Origin: Candidatus Cloacimonadota bacterium
Lineage (GTDB): Bacteria > Cloacimonadota > Cloacimonadia > Cloacimonadales > WRIO01
Direction of reading: 5' to 3'
DNA length: 46,945 nt
Assembly: GCA_029564175.1 (NCBI GenBank)
Contig: JAKQQL010000236.1
Span: forward strand, 1-46,945
In this document: positions 6,597 to 17,456 of the stretch, piece by piece
How positions within the stretch are numbered: the stretch's first letter is position 1
Layout of the letters: the number at the start of each line of letters is the position of its first letter
The notes under the pieces: model-generated
The model's database searches: none
What the model saw: only the letters and a program-made list of their open reading frames with translations
What the model was told of the DNA's origin: nothing
Made by a program: the position numbers and the translations under genes

Positions 6597-7175
6597 TCAG
6601 GCAAGCGGTTCCTCGGAAAACTTCAATTTCTTTTTTATCAGGGAAACCACCTTGGAATATTCATCTTCTTTCTTAATATTCAAAACATTCAATTTAATTC
6701 CAAAATTTTCCAACATTTCAACCAATTGAAAAGAATCGACACTATCACCGACCGTAATAAGATTGATTGTTTGTTCCAAAGACAAATAGTTATTGACAAT
6801 ATAATCTATTTCTTTTGAGAGAAAGAGAAGTCCATTTGATCTATATTCTTGATCAGAAAGAGTTGTATCTTTTTTAAGTTTATTCAATTGAACAGGATAA
6901 AATACAGTTCCAACCGGGAAAATATTTTCTATGTTAATCAATTTTAAAAATAGTTCCATATTATCTTTACTGAAATGGGAACATTTAATTCCTTTATTTT
7001 CAAAATCACAAACAAAACAAACATTATTCTTTTTGACAGACAATAAAACTAGAAGACATTCCAAAGTATTTAAATCAATATTAGAAGCAGGAATGTTTTG
7101 AAGGTAAAAATTTATTGACTGTTGAATTTTTTGTTCAAATAAATCTATTTCTTTCCTATAAGTGTCCATATCCAT
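6597..7175 (-). CDS. hypothetical protein
   Basis: 192-aa ORF with RBS. Confidence 0.7.
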   Translation of the reverse strand: MDMDTYRKEIDLFEQKIQQSINFYLQNIPASNIDLNTLECLLVLLSVKKNNVCFVCDFENKGIKCSHFSKDNMELFLKLINIENIFPVGTVFYPVQLNKLKKDTTLSDQEYRSNGLLFLSKEIDYIVNNYLSLEQTINLITVGDSVDSFQLVEMLENFGIKLNVLNIKKEDEYSKVVSLIKKKLKFSEEPLA

Positions 7176-7268
7176 CCCATCCCCTTCCTTGTCCTAGATT
7201 TCATCAATATATCATAAAAAAGAAGATATAGCAAGTTTTTATTCTCACCATGTCTTTTATATACTTCT

Positions 7269-7610
7269 TTAGTTCTGTCCGAAATTAACGGTTTCTACAT
7301 TATTTTCAGGAGTTGGATTTTCTCCATTTGATTCTGATTCTTCCTTCTCACATTCCTCAACAAAATTCCGAATAGCTTCATCTCGTTCATCTTGTGTTAT
7401 AATTCCCTTTTTCAATAGAAGGTCTTCAAGAGCATAATGTCCAATAATTACAGCATTACTCTGTTGTAGAAGTTGCTGCAACTGTTCAGAAAGGAACCTA
7501 TTTTCCTGAATCAACTGTCTGATAACCTGTTCAATAGTAATCTTGGGCTGAGCTTGAGACTTTCCCCCATTGATAAGTGTTGCCTTATTGAAATCTACAT
7601 TCTTAGCCAT
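7269..7610 (-). CDS. hypothetical protein
   Basis: 113-aa ORF with AAAGGA RBS and upstream promoter. Confidence 0.75.
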   Translation of the reverse strand: MAKNVDFNKATLINGGKSQAQPKITIEQVIRQLIQENRFLSEQLQQLLQQSNAVIIGHYALEDLLLKKGIITQDERDEAIRNFVEECEKEESESNGENPTPENNVETVNFGQN

Positions 7611-7696
7611 TTACATTATCCTTTCAAAATTCCATTGAATTTTTCCAACTAAGTTCAATTATACAATACTCTGACCGAGATGGCAAGCCTTAACTT

Positions 7697-7828
7697 CTAC
7701 ACCGCCTGATACAAAAATATAACAACTTCCAATCTTTCACGAATTGGAAGAGCGTTTCTTTCCTCAATGTTTTCTACATAAGTTGCCTTTAGCATTGAAC
7801 CACCAGAACCATTCCTAGCAAAAGGCAT
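7697..7828 (-). CDS. 43-aa hypothetical protein or fragment (MPFARNGSGG...)
   Basis: short ORF with AGGGA RBS directly after 7845..8279. Confidence 0.35.
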   Translation of the reverse strand: MPFARNGSGGSMLKATYVENIEERNALPIRERLEVVIFLYQAV

Positions 7829-7844
7829 TTTGAATCCCTAATAA

Positions 7845-8279
7845 TTAAATACTATATGTTTCTTCAAGAATAATAATAACGGTAGCTCCAGCATCAGACG
7901 TTAAAACAATTCTTGGAGCAAATTCCCATATAATCATATTAGAATAAATTTGATTGCCCGAAATTTTTACTTTATGATTGGTTGATTTATTGTATGCCAA
8001 TTCATAATCTGTTCCATTCGATCGAATGGATAAACGATAATATGAAGACATTTTTGGTTTTGGCACATTAATAACAGTTGGGGTTGATGATAAAATATAT
8101 TCTTGATTCAACATAATAGGATCAATATTATCATCATCACTTACAAGAGTGAAATCAGTTCTTGCAGGATCAATATAAAATGGAATGGTAATTTCTTCAT
8201 TTGGTTGTAATGTAATTCCTCTTGAAGAATATTGTGAATCATAAGTAATTGTATTTAAAGTGTTATTCTTATATTTCAT
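7845..8279 (-). CDS. hypothetical beta-rich protein, possibly virion-associated
   Basis: 144-aa ORF with RBS. Confidence 0.65.
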   Translation of the reverse strand: MKYKNNTLNTITYDSQYSSRGITLQPNEEITIPFYIDPARTDFTLVSDDDNIDPIMLNQEYILSSTPTVINVPKPKMSSYYRLSIRSNGTDYELAYNKSTNHKVKISGNQIYSNMIIWEFAPRIVLTSDAGATVIIILEETYSI

Positions 8280-8297
8280 CTAAATTCACCTTTTCAA

Positions 8298-8849
8298 TTA
8301 ATACACAATAGGATAAATTTCAGAAACTTGTGAAAGAATGTTCTTACAAAAATCAACTTCTCTTTCAAAAGCATCAAATTTTTCTTTCAATGTATTTACT
8401 TCTCTAAGCATAGGTTCATCAATAATAAATCTATTCAAAAGATTAATATAGAAGGACTTATTCTTATTATATTTATCATCAAATGAAATCGTGACGTAAG
8501 TAGCAGCAGGAAAATAATTCCACACAAAGCCACGTTTCTTATCAAATACTGCATCCTTAAATCCATTGGCTCTAAGAATATCAAGAATTCTTAAAACAAC
8601 TTCCTTATTAAATACTTTTGGTTCTACACCATCAGACCAATCAGTATCTTTTTGTGTATCATCATTTGTTTCTGTTGCTGGAGATACATTTTTAGGAGTT
8701 AATGAAGAATCTTTTGTTTCTGGATTAACAGGATTACTTTCATTCAAATCATCTTCGGATGTTATAACATTGAAAGGATGGCCCATATATTCACCAATGT
8801 CGGATACCAATTGCTTTAAATCAATACTAGGTTTTGACATATTTTTCAC
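8298..8849 (-). CDS. hypothetical protein
   Basis: 183-aa ORF. Confidence 0.7.
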   Translation of the reverse strand: MKNMSKPSIDLKQLVSDIGEYMGHPFNVITSEDDLNESNPVNPETKDSSLTPKNVSPATETNDDTQKDTDWSDGVEPKVFNKEVVLRILDILRANGFKDAVFDKKRGFVWNYFPAATYVTISFDDKYNKNKSFYINLLNRFIIDEPMLREVNTLKEKFDAFEREVDFCKNILSQVSEIYPIVY

Positions 8850-8897
8850 CTCTAAAGAATTTCATTATAGTTCTATTTTAAGTTTGAAAATATAAAA

Positions 8898-8933
8898 CAA
8901 GGGAGGATACTATACTATTTCAATCCTCCCTTG
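8898..8933 (-). terminator. terminator hairpin after nrdJ
   Basis: CAAGGGAGGAT/ATCCTCCCTTG inverted repeat. Confidence 0.7.
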
Positions 8934-8958
8934 GTTAATTTATCTATTTCTTTTTAGT

Positions 8959-11900
8959 TTATTTACAGGCACTATATTGACAAGACCAACAAATTTTACA
9001 TCCATCATAATGAGAAAGTTCTTTACCACATTCAGGGCAAATATCACCATGAACCTTCAATTCTTCAATATGTTTAGATTCAACGGTTTCTAATTTCTCT
9101 CCGATGCCTGTAAAATGTTTCTGAATGTCTTCCAACATTCTAGCTAACATATCGGGAATACTATTTACTTCAATTTCTTTCTTGTCAAAAGTATCATAAA
9201 TCCATCTATCTGTTCCAGACATGAATTTTAAAGTTCCAATAACATCTTGAATATTAGTCCCTGATCTTAAAGCAATTGAAATAATTCTACTCAATGCTTC
9301 CATCATTGTTTTAAGCATCTGACCTGATTTACCAATACTAGAAAAGATTTCAAAAATATTTCCATTTTCATCCAATGTAGCAGTTAAATAAATAGAGCCA
9401 TACGGTTCAACTGCCATTTTAGTTGTAATACTTCTCATAAATTGTGAACGTTCTCTTACTTTACCAGTATAGATATGTTCATTATCTTTTACAAGAGTGC
9501 CAATATTTTCTTTCTTTTCTTCTTTTTTTGTAGTATCAACGATTGGCTGTGATCCTCTTGACCCATCCCTATAGACTGTCACGCCTTTAATAGAAGAATC
9601 AAATGCATCTAAATAAATATTTTTAACATCTTCAACAGTTGCTTCAGAAGGGAGATTTATTGTTTTACTGATAGCACTGTCAATATATTTTGAAAGAATT
9701 TTTAAAGGTTGCATATGTTTCTCAATTGATAGATCATTTGCTTTAACATAAACATCTTCATAATTGTCATCTTTGGAAGTCTTCTGATTTTCATATTCTT
9801 CTTTAGACATATACAGAGGATGTGTATATTGAACAGTTTCCCAAACATCATGACCCTTACTAATTCTTCTATCATATTGATAAGCAAAATTTGGTTCAAT
9901 ACCAGAAGAAGTGTCAAACAACATTGAAATAGAATTATGGGATATATAAGAATTTAAAACATATGTATTATTTTTAGGAACTTCTATATCATAAGTATCA
10001 TTTTCAGAATCGATAATTTCCATAATAGCTTCAGCATATAAATCCTTGGAAATATGTTTCAAACTTTCGTGATCTCTTTTTTTAATTTTAGAAATATATC
10101 TGTCTTTTATTTCGCTATTTTCTGATCCATAGGTATTGAAATAAATTCGATACATGTAGTTTTTTGATTTTGCACCAGTTCTTTTTTTATCTATAACAAT
10201 CTTTCCATTAATGCCAATTGCTCTCAATACTATTAACAATTCTTGAGCTAATTGGTAAGATGATGTATCAATATATTTATTATTACCATTATGTGATCCA
10301 TCTGTCATATATAAACCTTCTATAAATGACAAAATGCTCAAATTCGAAGATTGCCGGATTAATTTAGGAATACATGCTTCTCTTGAACTCTTTTTTAAGA
10401 GATTCAATTGCAATAAAATATCTTGCAATATTACACTGTTAATATATATATCTTTCGTATTTATTCTTTTATCTTCTAATACAACAGGAGAAATGTTAAA
10501 CAAAGATTTAATTAAATCCACAGTTAATTGTATTTTATCATTATGATTTTTATTAAAAGATATTCGCAAACCTTGTTTATGTTTTGAGCCATTTCCAGTA
10601 AAAATTCCAATAAATTTAGCAAATTCAGGGGTTAAAGTTGAAGGAATCCTTATACCTCGGCAATTACCATGATAGTCTTTTTCTTCAAATATTAACGTTG
10701 GATCGGAATCTTTTGAATATCCTCCAATTTTATATACTAATTTATCTCCTACTTTTAATTCAGACACTTCTTTCCATATATATTCTCCATTATCAGCTAG
10801 AATTCTATATTTATGATTCAATGTTGATTCTAATTCTAAATTCGAAAAAGTTGTAATTTTTTTAGTTTGTGCATGTCCATTGATATAAAATTTGGTAGCT
10901 GTCGCTATTCCATTTTCTTGAATTACATGGCAATTATCTAAATCATTCCACTGTTCTTTTGAATCAATAACCCCAATTTCATCAAATCTCAATATTCCAT
11001 TATTATTAACAACATATGATTCCTTGACCGAACACCCTGTAGGTGCAATGGTAAGTCTTCTACTATTTCTAAGTTTACCTTCAAGGAACAGGGATAAATA
11101 TTTACTTCTATATTCATCTTTATTTTCTTGTTCATCAAAAATAATTTTAATTGAAGGTGGCAAGTCATCAAAAGTTAGTTCACTGTTAAAATGAGAAATA
11201 GCTTCTTTGGCATATCTAAATGGAGTAAATTCCATTACTTCACAAAGATCAATACTGGCATACATTGAATGTTTTGCCATGAGTTTACCAATATATTTAC
11301 AGAATTGATTGAAATTATTGCTGCCATACCCCATTTTTAATTTAATTGCAGCATTAGCTAATCCCATAAATCCAAGACCCAATGGTCTAATGTCTTGAGT
11401 TCTTTCTTCGATCTTTTTAAGAGGATATGAATTTGCATCAACAACACAGTCTAGATATAAAATTGATCTATGAATTTGACAAATAAAATCAAAATCAGAA
11501 AACGAATTTCCAGATTCATTCTGATCAATAAAGGATTCAAGATTAATAGAACCAAGGTTGCAACTGGTATATGCAGATAATGGTTGCTCGGCACATGGGT
11601 TTGTGGCTCTTATTTGCCAATCAGGTAAATGTTTTAACAAATTATCTTTATTGATTTTATCACCAAAAATAATTCCCGGTTCACCATTCTTATGTGCACA
11701 GGAACATATTTCATCAAACAATTCACTGGCATTAATTTGTGTTAATTTCATATTTCTTTTAATGCCATCTGCCAAATTAACATCCTTGCCAAGTCTAGAC
11801 TTTAAATAATAAGGTTTTTCATATTTAACAGCATTTAGAAATTCATCATCAAGTCTAGTAGAAATATTAAAATATTGTAAACTTCCATCATGTTCCTTAG

Positions 11901-12702
11901 CATGAATAAATTCTCTAATATCAGGATGGTCAATATCCATCATTGACATTATAGCAGAACGTCTTTTACCACCTTGAACAACTACCTTGCCCATAGTATT
12001 CCAAAGTTCCATAAAAGAAACAGGGCCAGAAGAATTACCAATTGAACCATCTTTAATAGGGGCATTCTTCTCTCTTAAATTACTCCAATTGCAACCAACG
12101 CCACCACCATGCTTGCTAATGATTGCAGCTTCTCTTACAGAATCAAATATCGAATCTAGATTATCATCTACATCAATAACAAAACAAGCACACATTTGTT
12201 GATAAGGAGATTTATTCTTAAACAGATATTCATAATTACTAAAAGTCATATCTTCAACTTTTACATCATAAATAATTCTACTAGACATTTCTTTTTCAAC
12301 AAGACCAACACCACTAGAAAATAGAGCAGGTGAATTGAATAGGAATCTTTTTAAACTAATATCTTTTCGAATATTAAATTCTACTATTCTCATTAAAGCT
12401 AAAAACTTTTCTTTAAGACAAGTGGCATCATATTCAGATGATTTCATTTTAAACCAATTTAATTGTCTATTAAATTCCTTTATTAATCCAGATGCAATGA
12501 TTCTTCCTACACGTTTAATCAATTGATTAAGACAATATTCCTTATTCATTTCATTCGTAGAAGTATCAAAATAGGGAACATAATATCTCTTTGCAAATAA
12601 TTCTTTAGCATTATCAGAAAAGTTCTTTTCATTAAGACAACTAGTCAAATAATTTTCTGCTTCAGAAGGTAATGGTTCCCAACAATTAAAAGTCTTATTC
12701 AT
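8959..12702 (-). CDS. nrdJ: class II (B12-dependent) ribonucleotide reductase with intein and C-terminal TSCPD/Zn-ribbon region
   Basis: [76 protein letters not shown]. Confidence 0.92.
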   Translation of the reverse strand: MNKTFNCWEPLPSEAENYLTSCLNEKNFSDNAKELFAKRYYVPYFDTSTNEMNKEYCLNQLIKRVGRIIASGLIKEFNRQLNWFKMKSSEYDATCLKEKFLALMRIVEFNIRKDISLKRFLFNSPALFSSGVGLVEKEMSSRIIYDVKVEDMTFSNYEYLFKNKSPYQQMCACFVIDVDDNLDSIFDSVREAAIISKHGGGVGCNWSNLREKNAPIKDGSIGNSSGPVSFMELWNTMGKVVVQGGKRRSAIMSMMDIDHPDIREFIHAKEHDGSLQYFNISTRLDDEFLNAVKYEKPYYLKSRLGKDVNLADGIKRNMKLTQINASELFDEICSCAHKNGEPGIIFGDKINKDNLLKHLPDWQIRATNPCAEQPLSAYTSCNLGSINLESFIDQNESGNSFSDFDFICQIHRSILYLDCVVDANSYPLKKIEERTQDIRPLGLGFMGLANAAIKLKMGYGSNNFNQFCKYIGKLMAKHSMYASIDLCEVMEFTPFRYAKEAISHFNSELTFDDLPPSIKIIFDEQENKDEYRSKYLSLFLEGKLRNSRRLTIAPTGCSVKESYVVNNNGILRFDEIGVIDSKEQWNDLDNCHVIQENGIATATKFYINGHAQTKKITTFSNLELESTLNHKYRILADNGEYIWKEVSELKVGDKLVYKIGGYSKDSDPTLIFEEKDYHGNCRGIRIPSTLTPEFAKFIGIFTGNGSKHKQGLRISFNKNHNDKIQLTVDLIKSLFNISPVVLEDKRINTKDIYINSVILQDILLQLNLLKKSSREACIPKLIRQSSNLSILSFIEGLYMTDGSHNGNNKYIDTSSYQLAQELLIVLRAIGINGKIVIDKKRTGAKSKNYMYRIYFNTYGSENSEIKDRYISKIKKRDHESLKHISKDLYAEAIMEIIDSENDTYDIEVPKNNTYVLNSYISHNSISMLFDTSSGIEPNFAYQYDRRISKGHDVWETVQYTHPLYMSKEEYENQKTSKDDNYEDVYVKANDLSIEKHMQPLKILSKYIDSAISKTINLPSEATVEDVKNIYLDAFDSSIKGVTVYRDGSRGSQPIVDTTKKEEKKENIGTLVKDNEHIYTGKVRERSQFMRSITTKMAVEPYGSIYLTATLDENGNIFEIFSSIGKSGQMLKTMMEALSRIISIALRSGTNIQDVIGTLKFMSGTDRWIYDTFDKKEIEVNSIPDMLARMLEDIQKHFTGIGEKLETVESKHIEELKVHGDICPECGKELSHYDGCKICWSCQYSACK
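9934..11034 (-). mobile_element. 367-aa intein with LAGLIDADG homing endonuclease in nrdJ
   Basis: starts at C after TIAPTG, ends SHN before [11 protein letters not shown] and [11 protein letters not shown] motifs; TYDIEV block. Confidence 0.92.
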
Positions 12703-12776
12703 TTAAGCAATTCCTCCAATAAGTATTTAATATCATTGACTTTAAAGTTTAAAAGATTATTCTTGCCATTGAAACC

Positions 12777-12805
12777 ATTATATCATAAATGATCAATTTT
12801 GGCAA
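12777..12805 (-). promoter_or_regulatory. nrdJ promoter TTGCCA-N17-TATAAT
   Basis: consensus hexamers. Confidence 0.8.
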
Positions 12806-13112
12806 GAAGAACTTTTCTTTCAGAAAGACTATATTTATTAAATTATCTTAAAAAGGAGGAACGTACAATTGTTATTTAGTGTACTTGTTTTAAAGCAAGT
12901 AAATAATTATATATTGAACAATTATGTGATTTTCTATTTTTAGATACAGTTGGGGCTTTAGGGGGAACCAGAATTTAAAAATAATGAAAGAAATTATAAT
13001 TTCTCTATCATCTTCTGGACAATATAAAAGTATCTATAGATACCCCTATTTCTTTCCTGCCAAATTTTAATCTTTCGGTATGGCACATACCTAAACCATA
13101 ATGGTTTCGATC

Positions 13113-13619
13113 TTAACATTTTTAAAAAGAAAAAGAATAATTATTTTCCGACACGACCAAATCAGATACCCTGGCATAAGCACCATTGATGATTTTTGTC
13201 ATCAGATATCTTAAAACATCGTGAAGTATATACTTGTTGTGAGTATACCGCTAAGTGAAGAGAGAATATGAATCTCTACTCACCTAATTCCAAGCGCTAG
13301 AAATAGAGTAGCACCTTTTTTCACTAATCAAATAATTTGATTAACGGGAATCTACTTTCCGATACCTATCTATCGGGAGCCTGCCATTCAGGTTGCTTAT
13401 GATCATCAGATAAAGAATTATCTACTCTATGGATTATTCTTTTCTAATGTGCCCACAAATCATAAAATACGAGGCAATCCTTTCTTGTGTTTCAAAGGTT
13501 GTCATATTCCTCACTTCATTAAAATCTTTAAGATTTTCAATGGTAGATTATGATTCGTCCTGTTTCTCTCGCGAGAGCTGGCGAAAACTCTTATTCTTTT
13601 CTTTTTTAAAAGAGGTTAA
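13113..13619. ncRNA. candidate large structured ncRNA or structured origin
   Basis: long terminal inverted repeat, about ten internal hairpins and crossing long-range helices in a gene-free region. Confidence 0.5.
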
Positions 13620-13692
13620 ACTTTTATTGAAATTTAATCATCACTTATTAACTTTTATTTTTGAGCTTCCGGGAATTTTCCCAGATGAAACA

Positions 13693-13852
13693 ATTATACC
13701 ATAGATTTTTCCTTTTGGCAAGCCCTCTTTTCAAACTGACATGATTTCAAATTTGGATGTATTTTAATCAGAATGAGAAATATTGAAGATTTTGACAATC
13801 CAAAAGTTAAGATCATAGATTCTATTATACCATACAGATTAAATTTTGGCAA
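13693..13852 (-). promoter_or_regulatory. two tandem leftward promoters TTGCCA-N17-TATAAT (13693-13721, 13824-13852)
   Basis: consensus hexamers with extended TG. Confidence 0.75.
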
Positions 13853-13894
13853 GTGGGAGTTTTTGATTCTAAAAATTCGGAAGGATGATGTTTA

Positions 13895-14824
13895 ATGTCA
13901 GACATTTTTATTGGTATTGATGTTGGTTTACGTGGTGCTATTACTGTTTTGAATACGGAAGGGATACCACTTTCTGTATTTAAGATGCCTTTAATTTATG
14001 TTGATAGGAAGAAGAGTAATAAGAACAATGGGATTCAACAAGAAAAAGAAGAACATGAAATTGATATCAATAGTTTTAAGATCGCTGAATATCGTGATCC
14101 AAAGAGGTATGTAAAAAGTCAAATTAAAAAGAGTGAGAAAGTTGTTGAAAAGAAAACTCCTAAAAAGACTGTTTTAAAAACAAAGACAAAGACAACTGAT
14201 GAGTGGTATGATGCAGATAAGATATTGGAATATATCAAACAAATCACTAAACTAACAAAAAATATAAATAATATCCACATTGTTATGGAACTTCAAAACC
14301 CGTTCTTTGCTAAGAATCGTGGTGGGAACAAGTTGCTACGTGGCTTTGGATTATTAGAAGGTTTGTTTATTAGTGCTTATGGCCAAAAATCAATTGAATT
14401 GATTTCTCCTATTACTTGGCAAAAGAAATTATTTGCTCATTATCTTGGTGATGATATTATTTCCTCTATTAGAGAAAGGGATATTGTTGCAATTAGTAAA
14501 TCAGATCAATATTTACAAAATAAGTTTCCTGATATACTTGCAAACATTATCTCATTAATGAAAAAGAAATCTGTTCAACCAACAAAGATTCTTTCTGTCT
14601 ATTGTTTATATTCAATGTATCGAGATTTACTTGTTCAACAATCTTTCAAAGTCCATTATAAAGAAAAGGAAGGATATAAGATTTACAATGGTTTAAATAT
14701 GACGCCAGATAAAAATGATCTTCTTATGGATATCATATTATATTCAAATGATAATAATATTTCTGATGCATTTTGTCTGGCTGAATATGGTAGAATGTCC
14801 TTTCTTAATCAGTTTAAGAAATAA
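13895..14824 (+). CDS. RuvC-like Holliday junction resolvase with insertions
   Basis: IFIGIDVG, IVMELQ, ISPITWQK, SDAFCLAEYG. Confidence 0.75.
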   Translation: MSDIFIGIDVGLRGAITVLNTEGIPLSVFKMPLIYVDRKKSNKNNGIQQEKEEHEIDINSFKIAEYRDPKRYVKSQIKKSEKVVEKKTPKKTVLKTKTKTTDEWYDADKILEYIKQITKLTKNINNIHIVMELQNPFFAKNRGGNKLLRGFGLLEGLFISAYGQKSIELISPITWQKKLFAHYLGDDIISSIRERDIVAISKSDQYLQNKFPDILANIISLMKKKSVQPTKILSVYCLYSMYRDLLVQQSFKVHYKEKEGYKIYNGLNMTPDKNDLLMDIILYSNDNNISDAFCLAEYGRMSFLNQFKK

Positions 14825-14835
14825 AGGAGAAAAAA

Positions 14836-15468
14836 ATGAAAAAAATAATTTATCAAGTTTATAAAGTTGTAAATCAAATTAGAATTTTTATTAGAATATT
14901 TTATGATAAGTGGAAATTGTATCAATTGATGAAGCAACCAAAAATTGTTAATTGGTCTTTTGTGCCACAAAAAGGTTCTTCGAATCAAGAATCAAAATGT
15001 AGAGAATGGCAATCAAGACAGAAACAATATTTGAATGATCCTGTTTTATGGAATGATGATATTAAATCATATTCTATTTTTGGGGAACTAGTTCAAAAAG
15101 AAGTTTTAAAAACCATTCTTTATAAGAAAGATAAAAATTTGTATAATCAAGACGAATATTTGGCAACTACAAATGAAATTCTTGAATCAAAATATGGAGA
15201 CTGTGAAGATCAAGCCTATGTGATGTTAAAAAAACTACGAGATGAATATAGAATACCAGATAAATATCTTGTTTGCCTATTTGTGGAAGATAAAAATGGT
15301 GGCCACGTAATAGGTGGTATTCAGTTTGATGATAATGTTTTACTATTAGATAATGGCCATTATTGGGTAATGCCAGTTTGGGCCAATGAGTTTTTCAACA
15401 GAAAACCTGATATAAATATCATTTGTGGATACAATTTTGTAAATCACTGGATTTATCACAAGGCTTGA
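14836..15468 (+). CDS. transglutaminase-like cysteine peptidase (BTLCP-like)
   Basis: GDCEDQA, GH and LDN catalytic triad motifs. Confidence 0.75.
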   Translation: MKKIIYQVYKVVNQIRIFIRIFYDKWKLYQLMKQPKIVNWSFVPQKGSSNQESKCREWQSRQKQYLNDPVLWNDDIKSYSIFGELVQKEVLKTILYKKDKNLYNQDEYLATTNEILESKYGDCEDQAYVMLKKLRDEYRIPDKYLVCLFVEDKNGGHVIGGIQFDDNVLLLDNGHYWVMPVWANEFFNRKPDINIICGYNFVNHWIYHKA

Positions 15469-15541
15469 CATGGTGGAAAATTTGTGGTAATATAGTCTTG
15501 TCGGGGGTTCTTTCTGATATGACAGGAGGTGGTGATTAAGA

Positions 15542-15946
15542 ATGTATTTTTTAAATGTTCACGGATATCAAGGACATTCTGGCAATAATGTGTTTCAAAT
15601 GTTGAAGGCTTGTTTTCCAGAAGTTGAGATAATTAGTCCTCAATTGGTTAATAAGCCTTCAATTGATTTTTCAACATTAAAAAGAATTATAATTAACAAA
15701 GCTGATTATGGAATTGCTTTTGGTAAATCATTGGGTGGTTTTTATGTTTGCCATTTAAATAAGATGTTCAATATGCCATGTATCTGTATCAATCCTAGTT
15801 TTGAACCTTGGATAAATAATGTTTTTGAAGATGAAGATTTAGAATTTCTTTATACAAAGATAAAGGAAATAATGGGTGATGAAATTATTTCTTTAGAAGA
15901 AGATGGTTATCATTATACTCGATACTCGAAAGATAATGGATCATGA
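15542..15946 (+). pseudogene. YqiA/UPF0227 alpha/beta hydrolase, truncated
   Basis: HGYQG, GKSLGGFY, INP motifs; the His-containing tail (HEYRK) lies in another frame. Confidence 0.6.
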
Positions 15947-16158
15947 ATATCGAAAGGTTTCTATTGGGACAATAAAATAGGAGGTGTTTCATTGAAAAAT
16001 TTCTGAAATATTTGTCCCATAGATGAACAAAATTTAACTAGTGGATGAGGAATTCCAATTTTAATGGGAGATTTGGAATTTTTGGAATTTCAAGTGCATA
16101 CACTATTGATTAAATCATATCGAGTCAACTATATTAAACGGAAAGAAGATGGAAAATA

Positions 16159-16716
16159 ATGGAAAATGTAGAAGGAAAAATTAATTGGTATGATGTTAGG
16201 AAACGGGTATTGACTACTTTGAAGTTGTTTGTTATTATGTGGCTTGTTTTTTTAACTCCAGTTCACATGCTTTATGTCCAACCCTATTTGAAAACAGTAT
16301 CATGGAGTAATCTTTCAGTTGCTAAAATTCAGAGAGTTTATGAAAAAGCTTATACTGATTACAATAAAGTTTATGAAAAAGACTTTAAAGGTAAACCGTG
16401 GATAGTGCCTGCAGTGTGTCACGCTGTCGCTGGTGCTATGATGTATGCTACAACTATTATACAGATTTTTTTTGTTATCTTTACTTTAAATGTAATTCAA
16501 TATTCGTTTTGGCAATGGGCTTTTTTAGTAATTAATATTTTTCTTTTGTATCTGTGTTTTTGGCAACTACCTCTAACAATTTGGGATTTTGCAATTGTTT
16601 ATGATGGCCACCCTATTGCTTTAACGATTGCTATCATTCTTGGTGTTCTTCTTGTTTCTTATTGGGTTCTTATTTTTGTTTTTGTTTGGAAGATGGTAAA
16701 AGGATTAATGAGATAA
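16159..16716 (+). CDS. multi-pass membrane protein
   Basis: about four hydrophobic segments. Confidence 0.7.
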   Translation: MENVEGKINWYDVRKRVLTTLKLFVIMWLVFLTPVHMLYVQPYLKTVSWSNLSVAKIQRVYEKAYTDYNKVYEKDFKGKPWIVPAVCHAVAGAMMYATTIIQIFFVIFTLNVIQYSFWQWAFLVINIFLLYLCFWQLPLTIWDFAIVYDGHPIALTIAIILGVLLVSYWVLIFVFVWKMVKGLMR

Positions 16717-16736
16717 AAATAGAAGGGTTTGGTTTG

Positions 16737-17414
16737 ATGAAAATTACTGGAAAGCAGATGATCATACTTTATTTAATCTTTTTTCTTATTGGTGGAATTG
16801 GATTATCAATGATTTTTATGTTAAAGTATGACATTCTGATTAAAGAAAAATCATACGATCTTGTTAGTTATACTGATAAATTTAGTGTCCAATATGATTG
16901 GCATGATTACGATGAAGGCACTTTACGGATGACCAAACCAGAAATGGAAAAAGTGTTCTTTTCTTATATTCAAAATCTTTCACAGATTGAGGATGAGAAA
17001 TATATTCGAAAAGTTGTTGAAGGATATAGTTATTTAATGGAAACTGTATCAGATGATAAACAGTCTGTATTGTTCTTTATGGCATTATGTGGCGTTGAAA
17101 GCCATTTTAAGATGACTTCAAAATCTTCTGTTGGAGCAATTGGAATTTCACAGGTTATGTATTCAGTTCATAATCAATATATTAAAGAATTGGGTATTAA
17201 CAAAGAAAATTTCTTTAATAGTCCAAAACATAACATTTTAGCCGGTTATATGATTTGGAAATCTTATTGGAAATCCAGTGATAAACATTATAGAATATCA
17301 TGTTATAAATATCTTGGTGCTCAATCAGACAAATATTATTACAAGGTTATTGACAATTATTTTCAGTTGATGAATTTAATGATGAAACAGATGTTGAATG
17401 TGAAGGAGGGTTGA
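16737..17414 (+). CDS. lytic transglycosylase (SLT domain) with N-terminal transmembrane anchor
   Basis: VESHF...SSVGAIGISQVM...NILAG motifs. Confidence 0.85.
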   Translation: MKITGKQMIILYLIFFLIGGIGLSMIFMLKYDILIKEKSYDLVSYTDKFSVQYDWHDYDEGTLRMTKPEMEKVFFSYIQNLSQIEDEKYIRKVVEGYSYLMETVSDDKQSVLFFMALCGVESHFKMTSKSSVGAIGISQVMYSVHNQYIKELGINKENFFNSPKHNILAGYMIWKSYWKSSDKHYRISCYKYLGAQSDKYYYKVIDNYFQLMNLMMKQMLNVKEG

Positions 17415-17456
17415 AGTTGACCTTTTAAAAGGTTAATTTCTTTTCATCGACGAGGA

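Noticed and set aside
5796..6818. 340-aa plus-strand ORF and many other antisense ORFs in the track (e.g. 1853..2104, 4203..4652, 25796..26275, 29753..30145, 39618..39995)
   Set aside because: Shadows of well-supported opposite-strand genes; F/L/I-rich, no RBS or motifs
13429..13704. 91-aa ORF in the intergenic block
   Set aside because: No RBS, atypical composition, and it runs through hairpins and a promoter
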